A stretch of DNA of 64,000 nt from Akkermansiaceae bacterium. GTDB lineage: Bacteria; Verrucomicrobiota; Verrucomicrobiia; Verrucomicrobiales; Akkermansiaceae. Shown here in pieces: positions 7,144 to 15,536 of the stretch. Under the pieces are notes generated by a model, which worked only from the letters and a program-made list of their open reading frames with translations, was not told the DNA's origin and ran no database searches. The position numbers were made by a program, and so were the translations under genes. The stretch lies in NCBI GenBank assembly GCA_043758615.1, contig JAYVNE010000199.1, forward strand, positions 5 to 64,004, in the 5' to 3' direction. Every line of letters begins with the position of its first letter. Position 1 is the first letter of the stretch.

Positions 7144-9027
7144 TTAAGGAGCTGTTTTGGGTTGGTTCGGATCGTAGAAAATCCGGATGTCCGCTTTATC
7201 CGTGCCCAGAAGTTGTTGAGCACGCTTAAGGGCGGCGCGAGTGGATAGATTCGGGTTCTGGGGATTACTTAGGAAAATATTGCTCTGCCCCTCGCGCCGC
7301 ATACAGCCCTCTTGCAAGGTGATGAGAACGCCGGATTTTTTGAGGACTCGATAGACTTCTCGCGTCGCCCCCGAGACGATCAAATGAAGGTCCCTGCCCC
7401 GCATAAATAGGATCAAATCCTCGAGTGCCATCACACTGGTTGCATCGAGATGCCGCGCGTTTTTTAAACGCAGGATGATCACTTGGATCGCGGGATCGGA
7501 AGCGGTGCGCTGGATTTGCGTCCGGAAAAGCTCGGCAGCCCCGAAAAACAAATCGCCCTCCACATGCACGATTGAGATTGCCGGAATCGGGCGCTGGCGT
7601 GTTTCACCCATTTCACGAAGTTCACCGGCCTCATTGAAATCATATTCCACCAAATGGGGCCGACTCGCCTTGCGCAAAAACAAAGTGATGGAAATGGCGA
7701 CGCCAATAAAAATCGCGACATGCAAGGGGGCCAGCAACGTGGCGATGAAGGTGATGATTAGCACCGACGCATCATCGGAAGTGGAACGCAGGCAGATCCG
7801 AATGTGGCGTAAGTTAAAAAGCGAAAATGAGAGAGCGATGACCAAAGCTGCTAGGGCGGGCTTCGGCACAAAATCAATCAGTGGCACGCCCCAGCCGACA
7901 GAGGCGGCGATCAATATCGCGAATATCATGGTGTAGATCCCGGAAAACAGAGAAGAAAACCGCGTGCGAGCGCCGGACTCGTGATTGAGCATGGAGCGTG
8001 TTAGTGAACCAGAAGCAGGCATTCCGCCCGCGATGGCGCTGGCGAAGTTCGCCATGCCCACGGCGAGCATGTCTTGGTTTCCATCGGTCCGGTCGCCGGT
8101 TTTGGATGCTAGCGTTTTCGCCATCAGCGAGTTTTCCAGTGAGGCGAGGAACGCAAGAGCGAACGCGATACTTATCAGCGCGGAAATGTCCCCAAAAAAG
8201 TCAGCCGTGATCAAATGCGGGAATTTCGGCATCAGCTCTTTCATGCCAAAAGTCGCGAACGTTTTCACCTCCGCAAACGGGCCAATTTTCTCATGGATCA
8301 GCACCCCGAAAAGCGCGGAGGAAATCACCAGCACGATCCCAAATGCTGGCCACGTGGGACGCCAGCGACGGAACACGAGGAAAATTAATAACGTCGCCAC
8401 TCCGACCGAAAGTGAGATCCAACTCGTATGCGGCACCGCCCTCACCAATCCCACCAGCAAGCCCGCCAGCGTCCCGGACTTATCGTCACGCAGATAGGCC
8501 TCCACGCCTAACAGTGACTTCAGTTGATTCGCCACGATCAGCACGGCCGCGCCGGAAATATAACCAACTAACACGCTGCGTGAAACATATTGCAGCAGGT
8601 CCGCCACGCGGAAAATAGCACCCGCCGTCGCGATCAGCCCGACGAGAAAAACCAGCAGCGGCATCAACTCAGTCGCCCGCTCTGCTAGATTGGGATGCAG
8701 CGAGAAAAAACTGAACAGCACCGCCGCCGTCGCATTCGTAGGCCCGAGAATGGTATGCCGCGATCCCGCGAACAAAGGCGCAATGAACGCCGCCACCGCC
8801 GTGCAGATGATGCCATAAACGACCGGCAATCCGGCGATCGCCGCGAAGGCGATGCCTTGCGCAATCGCCAGGACGGTTACGTTCGCGGCAGCCCATGCAT
8901 CGCTGCGGAGTTTAGGGAAACTGTAGCGCTTCAGATCCCTGGTAAATGGAGCCAAAGAAACGTGTTCGGATGCGAAAAAATCCCGCACGTCACGGGTTGC
9001 TTTAGTGATCGGACCGAAAAATTTCAT
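7144..9027 (-). CDS. SulP-family anion permease with STAS domain
   Basis: AQGIAFAAIAGLPVVYGI, GPTNA, ASGSLTRS motifs; C-terminal STAS (VEGDLFFGAAE…LRLKNARHLDATSV). Confidence 0.93.
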   Translation of the reverse strand: MKFFGPITKATRDVRDFFASEHVSLAPFTRDLKRYSFPKLRSDAWAAANVTVLAIAQGIAFAAIAGLPVVYGIICTAVAAFIAPLFAGSRHTILGPTNATAAVLFSFFSLHPNLAERATELMPLLVFLVGLIATAGAIFRVADLLQYVSRSVLVGYISGAAVLIVANQLKSLLGVEAYLRDDKSGTLAGLLVGLVRAVPHTSWISLSVGVATLLIFLVFRRWRPTWPAFGIVLVISSALFGVLIHEKIGPFAEVKTFATFGMKELMPKFPHLITADFFGDISALISIAFALAFLASLENSLMAKTLASKTGDRTDGNQDMLAVGMANFASAIAGGMPASGSLTRSMLNHESGARTRFSSLFSGIYTMIFAILIAASVGWGVPLIDFVPKPALAALVIALSFSLFNLRHIRICLRSTSDDASVLIITFIATLLAPLHVAIFIGVAISITLFLRKASRPHLVEYDFNEAGELREMGETRQRPIPAISIVHVEGDLFFGAAELFRTQIQRTASDPAIQVIILRLKNARHLDATSVMALEDLILFMRGRDLHLIVSGATREVYRVLKKSGVLITLQEGCMRREGQSNIFLSNPQNPNLSTRAALKRAQQLLGTDKADIRIFYDPNQPKTAP

Positions 9028-9042
9028 CGGATCATTTGCCTC

Positions 9043-10152
9043 TTACTTGAATCGCGCTCTACGGAAAAGAAATAAACCTAACAACACACAAACAATATTA
9101 GGTGTCCACAGCATCATGGTCGCACCAGCGTCTGTTTTAAATTGGTTCGCCAGCAGCGTGATCATAAAATATCCGGTGCCTATCAGCAGGCTGATGATCA
9201 AACCACCGGAAGTATCACGGCGGCGCGCGTTTAACCCGAGAGGCACCGCCACAAATGCAAACGCGAGGCAGGCCATCGAAAAAGAATAACGCCGGGTGAT
9301 TTCCGAGCGAAATAGCACCTTCTTGCTTTTGGAAAGGTTCGGATTTGTTTCAACTTGATAGAGAATCTCTTCATTAGTCATTGCGGACTGCCTCAGTTTT
9401 TTCATCTTGGAATCCTTCAAGTCAATCAACAGTGGCTCGGCCTGCGCCGCATAGGCAGTCGAGATCTCGCCCTTTTCATTGCGCGTCTCGAAATAGGCAT
9501 CTTCAAGTTTGACGCGTAATTGACTCTTCACCGGATCCACGCTCAGAGCTGCGCGCCGTGCATGTACATAAGTCATGTCCGCTTTTTGATCCGGAGTTTT
9601 CGATGTTTGATAGAAGTGAAATCCTTTCACCCAATCATCGGATTTCCCTTCGATGAGTACTTTCTGAAGATTGTCATCATCTGCTTTGAAATTCCCTTGG
9701 ACCACCCCGGGCTTCAACAGTGAATCAGGATCACGCGATGCTTGTTCGTATAACAACTGCACCGAAGATGCCTTGGAGAAAGGCACCACATAAATGTTCA
9801 AATATAAACTTGCTAATGAAAGGAGGAAACCGATCACAAATACCGGCGCCGACAACCTTGCCAAGCTCAATCCAGCCACCCGGAAACTCGTGATTTCCTG
9901 GTTCGTTGAGAGTTTCCCAAAAACCAATAGCACTGCTGATAGGAAACCCCAAGGCACGGTGTACATCAGCGACAAAGGCAAAACTAACATCACAAAGCGC
10001 AGCACGAGGCTCATGGGTGCCTTCTGGTCCACTAAGAGCGGCCGGATCTGCTGGAAAAGATTACCCAACACCAACACGATCCCCAATACCACGACGGCAT
10101 ACAGTGTCCCGAGGAGCACCTGTTTTCCGATGTAGCGGTCTGAAATACGCAT
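9043..10152 (-). CDS. LptF/LptG-family LPS export permease
   Basis: MRISDRYI…; LSTNQEITSFRVAGLSL; RRYSFSMACLAFAFVAVPLG; WTPN. Confidence 0.9.
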   Translation of the reverse strand: MRISDRYIGKQVLLGTLYAVVVLGIVLVLGNLFQQIRPLLVDQKAPMSLVLRFVMLVLPLSLMYTVPWGFLSAVLLVFGKLSTNQEITSFRVAGLSLARLSAPVFVIGFLLSLASLYLNIYVVPFSKASSVQLLYEQASRDPDSLLKPGVVQGNFKADDDNLQKVLIEGKSDDWVKGFHFYQTSKTPDQKADMTYVHARRAALSVDPVKSQLRVKLEDAYFETRNEKGEISTAYAAQAEPLLIDLKDSKMKKLRQSAMTNEEILYQVETNPNLSKSKKVLFRSEITRRYSFSMACLAFAFVAVPLGLNARRRDTSGGLIISLLIGTGYFMITLLANQFKTDAGATMMLWTPNIVCVLLGLFLFRRARFK

Positions 10153-10274
10153 GAACTTGCCGCACTCTGGAGAAGCTGCTTCCGGCTGTCCAGAAAAGAG
10201 AAAACCGTTGATGTTCCTTGCCGCCGTGACAGATCCACCACAGATTCTTGCATGGAATTTTTTCTGGCTACCGA

Positions 10275-10955
10275 ATGATCACCCCGAGATCCAAAAGCCC
10301 GGGGTGGTTTTACGAATTTTGCCGGGTCCTCTGGCGCGGGGTTTTCGGCTGCACCATGCGGATGAAATCCAGCGGGCTCGATCTCGCTGAAACCACCGAC
10401 GGGATATTGATCGCCGTTAGCCATGTCAGTCATCTCGACCCGATCGTCGTCAGCGCGCTGATTCGGCGGAAAATCAGTTGGATGTCCCGGGTGGAATTCC
10501 ACAAGCAATGGCTGATGCGGAATGTCCTCTATCACGGCGGGGCATTTCAAGTGGATCGTTCAGGCGCAGCACTGCCAGCTATCCGCGAGGGCTTACGACG
10601 CCTAAAACGCGGCGAGGCTGTTGGAATTTTCCCCGAAGGAGAGCTCGTCAAAGGTCCAGACTCCGTGCTGCGGGGAGCCTCTATCAAACGTGGCGTCTGC
10701 TTGTTAGCGGCTCGCTCGGGTCGGCCAGTTCTGCCCGTCATTGTTCTGGGCACCGACCAGTTAGGGCGCGTCGGTCCTTGGTTACCCGCGAAACGTGGGC
10801 GGCTTTGGGTATCGGTCGGCAAGCCCATGCACGCCACTCCGGAAAGTAACACCCGTGCCGGTAGAGCTGCATTCGCCGCTCGATTGGAAGAGGAATACGT
10901 CCGCCTTTACCAAGAAATGAGAATCATGTTTGATCTATCAGACATCGCGCCTTGA
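10275..10955 (+). CDS. plsC: 1-acyl-sn-glycerol-3-phosphate (lysophospholipid) acyltransferase
   Basis: SHVSHLD (HxxxxD) and FPEG motifs; start codon uncertain. Confidence 0.85.
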   Translation: MITPRSKSPGWFYEFCRVLWRGVFGCTMRMKSSGLDLAETTDGILIAVSHVSHLDPIVVSALIRRKISWMSRVEFHKQWLMRNVLYHGGAFQVDRSGAALPAIREGLRRLKRGEAVGIFPEGELVKGPDSVLRGASIKRGVCLLAARSGRPVLPVIVLGTDQLGRVGPWLPAKRGRLWVSVGKPMHATPESNTRAGRAAFAARLEEEYVRLYQEMRIMFDLSDIAP

Positions 10956-10983
10956 TCTCTCTATCTGGGTGCCATCCACAAAA

Positions 10984-11013
10984 ACGCCCGTCAACTTTTC
11001 AGTCAACGGGCGT
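10984..11013. terminator. Hairpin between convergent plsC and desaturase
   Basis: acgcccgt…acgggcgt inverted repeat preceded by an A-run. Confidence 0.45.
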
Positions 11014-11040
11014 CGGTGAATTTTCGCAGGCTTAGTAAAA

Positions 11041-12165
11041 TCAAGCCACTGCCGCTGCGGACATGCGCCGGATCTCCCGCATCATGTTGCGCGTTTCTTC
11101 TTGCCAGTGATCGAGCTTTTCCTTGGAAAGCTGGACGCGATCCGACACGGCTTTTTCGAGTTCGTGGTAATTCGCGGACATCTCTTCCACCAGTTCGTGC
11201 AGGGTGTCCAAAACGGTGTGTGCATGGGCATTTCCCTGTTCGCGGACTTCCTCAAGATGCTTCTCTGCTTTACGCCGCGCCTCACCCATTTCAGCGAGAA
11301 GAATCCGGCTGTCCGGCACTTTCCGCAGCCCATCCGCGAGGCCGAGTTTCGAAAGCGTCCAGATCGCCCACTTACTCGGATCCCACTGCCACGGCTTTAC
11401 GCCATTGCGGTAGTCGTGTTGGAACTCGTGATGATAATTGTGATAGCCTTCGCCAAACGTGAGGAAAGCCATGACCGCGCTGTCACGGGCACTGTGGGTG
11501 GTGGAGTAGGGCTGCGTGCCGACGGTGTGGCAAAGCGAGTTGATGAAAAACGTGCAATGTTGCGCGACCACAATCCGGGCGATCCCTGCAAGCATGAAGG
11601 CACCGAGCGCGCCGTCCCATGCATTCATGCCATGGAAGTGATTCCAGAAATAGCCGAGAGACATTGGAATAAAGATTCCGACGACGAGGGCGATCCAATG
11701 CACATAATTGTGCTGCCACATCACGAGCTTGTCCTTGCGGAGATCAGCCACGTTATCCATCGGCGGCACGGGATTGAGTTTGAAAAGCAGCCAGCCGATG
11801 TGCGCCCAGAAGAAACCTTTGGAAATGTCATAAGGGTCCTCATCGTGATCCACGTGCTTGTGGTGGCGGCGATGGTCGGCTGCCCAGTTCAGACAGGAAT
11901 TTTCAAACGCACAGGCGCCGAAAATGAGGGTGAAAAATTTAACAGGTAACTTGGCTTTGAAGGAAAGATGCGAGAACAAGCGGTGATATCCTACGGTGAT
12001 GCTCATCATCGTCGCAGTGACATAGAAGAAAAACATGGCGAACTGAAACCAGTTGATGCCAAATTTCACGAGATAGATGGGAACCCCGATCAGCGCGATC
12101 AGGGCGGTGCCAATGAGGAATGAACTGGTGAGCCAGTCCACACGATTGAATGGAATTCGATACAT
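11041..12165 (-). CDS. Delta-9-type membrane fatty acid desaturase
   Basis: His boxes GYHRLFSH, HRRHHKH, GEGYHNYHH. Confidence 0.93.
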   Translation of the reverse strand: MYRIPFNRVDWLTSSFLIGTALIALIGVPIYLVKFGINWFQFAMFFFYVTATMMSITVGYHRLFSHLSFKAKLPVKFFTLIFGACAFENSCLNWAADHRRHHKHVDHDEDPYDISKGFFWAHIGWLLFKLNPVPPMDNVADLRKDKLVMWQHNYVHWIALVVGIFIPMSLGYFWNHFHGMNAWDGALGAFMLAGIARIVVAQHCTFFINSLCHTVGTQPYSTTHSARDSAVMAFLTFGEGYHNYHHEFQHDYRNGVKPWQWDPSKWAIWTLSKLGLADGLRKVPDSRILLAEMGEARRKAEKHLEEVREQGNAHAHTVLDTLHELVEEMSANYHELEKAVSDRVQLSKEKLDHWQEETRNMMREIRRMSAAAVA

Positions 12166-12395
12166 AATGTGTTGGTTTTACAAGCTTCAGCAGCCGGATG
12201 TTTAACCGAACGGACGACGCAATTGCGCGCCGATAGCTGAAGGACGTGGTTAGCTACACGAAATGGAGCCCCTAAGCAAGCCCCCCTTTTTTCAAATTCC
12301 TGTCGGGTTCTGTCTTGACAAGCCCCAGCCAATCCCCCAATTACCCCGCCCCGACAAAACAGCGGAACCAACCAAACCAAAACAACAATCATCGC

Positions 12396-12623
12396 ATGCG
12401 TGGAGTGATCATGAAGAAAGGCGAGCCCGTTGACCGTGCTCTTAAACGCCTCAAGACGAAGCTTGATTCCGAGGGAATCCTCGAAGAAATGCGCCGCCGC
12501 CGCGCATTTGAGACCCCCACCGAGCGCAAGCAACGCAAGCTGCGTTCCGCTTCCAAGCGCAACAAAATCCGCTGGCGCTACTCGAACGCTCCGGCAGCCC
12601 CGTCTGCTGATTCCGCTGAGTAA
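12396..12623 (+). CDS. rpsU: 30S ribosomal protein S21
   Basis: KKGEPVDRALKRLKTKLDSEGILEEMRRRRAFETPTERK. Confidence 0.95.
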   Translation: MRGVIMKKGEPVDRALKRLKTKLDSEGILEEMRRRRAFETPTERKQRKLRSASKRNKIRWRYSNAPAAPSADSAE

Positions 12624-12651
12624 TCTTTCCGGTTCCGCCATCGGGGAATTG

Positions 12652-12727
12652 AACGGGTGCCAAATGGCATCCGTTTTTTTTGGCATCCGTTTTTTTTGGC
12701 ATCCGTTTTTTTGGCATCCGTTTTTTT
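12652..12727 (+). terminator. Intrinsic terminator whose 3' arm plus U-tract is repeated four times
   Basis: Stem aacgggtgcc-aaat-ggcatccgtt, then GGCATCCG(T)7-8 x4 at 12666, 12682, 12698 and 12713. Confidence 0.85.
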
Positions 12728-12784
12728 ATGCCCGCGTGGAAATTATGATTTCCACCGCTGGGCTAGCGGATGAAGCTCGCATCA

Positions 12785-15508
12785 ATGATCGAGCGCGTAT
12801 TTCTCGGGTGGGATGAGCCGTTTCTCAAGCTAGCCGTGGCCTGGCTGCTAGGACAGCGGGATGAACTGCCGCACCTGATCGTCATCGTGCCCACCGCGCA
12901 AAGTGGCAGAAGACTCCGCGAATCACTCGCCGAATGTGCGGGTGCTTTACTGGCACCCACAGTGGTGACGCCGGGTTCATTTTTAAAAATCGAGGATGCC
13001 GAAATCGCCGCAGATTGGATCGATCACGTGGCTTGGGTGGAGGTGTTAGAAAGCGTGACCGACTGGACGGAATACACCGCTCTATTTTCTGAAAAACCTG
13101 GCGATGGCCGCGACTGGGCAGACGGCCTGGCGCGAGAAATGGTCAAACTCCGGCGCTCATTGCAGGAAAACGGCCTCACCCTCGCCGCCGCCGCGCGCAA
13201 GCTTAGCGAGAGCGTAGAGACGGAGCGCTGGGCGGCTCTTGGCAGACTGGAGGACCTCGTCGAACAGCAGTTAAAATCCTGGGGCTACAAAAGCCGAAGC
13301 CGGGCGCTCGCGGAGGGCGTCAAGATCCCAGCAGAAATCACCCACATCGTACTCGCCGGCGTGGCGGAAATGCCGCCCTTAGTCGAGCGGGCGTGCTTGG
13401 CGGGGAGCGTCAAAGTCACCGCTTTGATCGGTGCGCCAGAAAACGAAGCGGGTGCATTCTCACTGATCGGTCGTCCGCTGGCCACTTGGGCGGAGCGCGC
13501 ATTGCCTTGGCCGGATTCCGCGCAAGTCACCGCTGATCCAAGGCAGCAGGCGGTGGAGGCGTTGAAAATTTTGGCGGAAATAAAAACCGCTTCTAACGAT
13601 CTTGCCCTCGGCTCGGCGGACGCGGAGGTGGGCGCTGAGCTGGCGCGAGCCTTCACCCGCGAGGGCTGGCCAGCGTTTCATCCGGCAGAAAAAAATGTGA
13701 GTTCCGGTCTATCATGCTGGTTCAAGGTCTGGTGCGTATGGCTAGCAGACCCCACGCTCGCAACGATGGGCGACCTGCTATCTATGCCGGAAACCGGAAT
13801 TCTCGTGAATGGAAAACGTGCCCAAAAAGCCAAGCGCCTCTCCGAATTGCGAAACCGCTGGATGGTGGTGCGCACCGAGGATTTGCAACGACGAGTCACT
13901 GCAGAAAATTTTCAAAACGATTGGGAAAAACAATCTGCTGAAGAACTTTGTGCCGCCGCTGATGCACTCGAGCGCTGGCGCAGCAGTTTCCTGCGAGACG
14001 ATTTCAGCGGCGTGATGCTGCGTTTGTTAGAAATACTCGGCCGCACCGGACCCACCACGGAGGAAGCCTCACTCACCATGACCGAGTGGATGGCAGCAGC
14101 AAAGCCGATGATGGCGCGGGTCGAACGTGGCGCGAGATTTTGGATCGAGCTGATGCTCTCTGAACTCCCCACCCCTACCCAGCTGCCGCCGGAGGGACGC
14201 GTGATCGACGTGCAAGGCTGGATGGAACTTTTTCATGAGCCCGGTAGCCACCTCGTGCTTTGCGGCATGAATGAAGGCAAGGTCCCCGCAAGGAGCGGCG
14301 GTGAGCCGTGGCTGAGCGAGGCAAGTCGCGAGCGCTTAGGTCTAATCATGGATGCCGACCGCGCCGCACGGGACGCATTCCTCTATCAGTCCATGATCCT
14401 CGCCCGCCGCCAACACGGTCGCACCGATGTGATCTGTGGAAAATCCGGCGCGGGGGGCGAGTCGCTGCTGCCCTCACGGGTTCTTCTAGCAGCCGAGCGT
14501 GCGCACTTACCGGAGCGGGTGAAAACCCTCTTCCGCGAGATCGAGCCGCCTGAAGCAGGCCTGCGCTGGGAGCCGGATTGGAAGTGGAAGCCGCGCAAGG
14601 TCGAGCCACCCACGCGCCTCAACGTCACTTCCCTAACCGACTATCTAAACTGCCCGTTTCGTTATTATTTAAAACACGCCGTCCGCATGCAGCGCACGGA
14701 AACCGAGCGTGGCGAGTGGAATGCGCGGGACTTCGGAAATGTTGCCCACGAAGTGCTCGAGCGCTGGGGCCGCGATGTTACAGCCCGCATTCTGGATGAT
14801 GCAAAAACCCTCCACCAGTGGCTATCCGCAGAGCTCGACGGCGTGGTGACGGAGTGGTTTGACAAACGCCCGCCGCTCTCTATCAGAATTCAAACCGAGG
14901 CGCTGCGGCAGCGCTTTCTCTGGCTCTCACAGATTCAGGCTCAGCAGCGGAGCGCGGGTTGGGAAATTGTCGATGTCGAGCGCAAGGTGGAAATCCCCGT
15001 GGGAAACGCCTTGATCGTCGCCAAAATCGACCGAATCGACCGCCACCGCGAGACCGGCAAGCTGCGGGTGATCGATTACAAAACCGGTGAAGTGAAAGGG
15101 GTGGAGCAGGCGCACCGGAAAAAAGTCATCGCCTCCACCGTGCTGCCCGCGCACTACACAATGGAAGATCCGGTGATTTATCTCGGTGAGGAAAAAGGCA
15201 AATCCGTGAATTACCGCTGGCATAACCTCCAACTCCCTCTCTACGCCGCTGCCGTAAACGACCGCGAGCAAACGCTGCCAATTCCTTGTTATTTCACCCT
15301 CGGCTCCACCGAGTCCGAGGTCGCCGTCCACGAATGGTCGGATTTCGAAACCACCGATCTCGCCGCTGCCCAAGCTTGCGCTCACTGGATTGCGGAAAAA
15401 ATCGCCGCCGGCATCTTCTGGCCACCTGCGGAAAAAGTAATGCATGACGACTACGCGATCCTAGCAGCAGGGCGGAGCTTACAGGAGATGGTCAACTTTC
15501 CAAGCTAG
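12785..15508 (+). CDS. AddB-like PD-(D/E)XK nuclease (helicase-nuclease subunit B)
   Basis: N-terminal IVPTAQSGRRLRESL; C-terminal LNVTSLTDYLNCPFRYYL, FGNVAHEVLE, AKIDRID…VIDYKTG, LQLPLYA. Confidence 0.85.
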   Translation: MIERVFLGWDEPFLKLAVAWLLGQRDELPHLIVIVPTAQSGRRLRESLAECAGALLAPTVVTPGSFLKIEDAEIAADWIDHVAWVEVLESVTDWTEYTALFSEKPGDGRDWADGLAREMVKLRRSLQENGLTLAAAARKLSESVETERWAALGRLEDLVEQQLKSWGYKSRSRALAEGVKIPAEITHIVLAGVAEMPPLVERACLAGSVKVTALIGAPENEAGAFSLIGRPLATWAERALPWPDSAQVTADPRQQAVEALKILAEIKTASNDLALGSADAEVGAELARAFTREGWPAFHPAEKNVSSGLSCWFKVWCVWLADPTLATMGDLLSMPETGILVNGKRAQKAKRLSELRNRWMVVRTEDLQRRVTAENFQNDWEKQSAEELCAAADALERWRSSFLRDDFSGVMLRLLEILGRTGPTTEEASLTMTEWMAAAKPMMARVERGARFWIELMLSELPTPTQLPPEGRVIDVQGWMELFHEPGSHLVLCGMNEGKVPARSGGEPWLSEASRERLGLIMDADRAARDAFLYQSMILARRQHGRTDVICGKSGAGGESLLPSRVLLAAERAHLPERVKTLFREIEPPEAGLRWEPDWKWKPRKVEPPTRLNVTSLTDYLNCPFRYYLKHAVRMQRTETERGEWNARDFGNVAHEVLERWGRDVTARILDDAKTLHQWLSAELDGVVTEWFDKRPPLSIRIQTEALRQRFLWLSQIQAQQRSAGWEIVDVERKVEIPVGNALIVAKIDRIDRHRETGKLRVIDYKTGEVKGVEQAHRKKVIASTVLPAHYTMEDPVIYLGEEKGKSVNYRWHNLQLPLYAAAVNDREQTLPIPCYFTLGSTESEVAVHEWSDFETTDLAAAQACAHWIAEKIAAGIFWPPAEKVMHDDYAILAAGRSLQEMVNFPS

Positions 15509-15536
15509 CAGATTCGATTACTAAGCTGATCCCCAG

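Noticed and set aside
11101-11949. Long antisense or alternative-frame ORFs (e.g. 11101-11949, 26689-27621, 39268-39882, 57148-57609)
   Set aside because: They shadow well-identified GC-rich genes on the opposite strand and show no recognisable motifs.
12666-12727. CRISPR-like array
   Set aside because: The 15-16-bp units have no unique spacers and there are no cas genes; it is a duplicated terminator arm. No CRISPR array was seen anywhere in the window.
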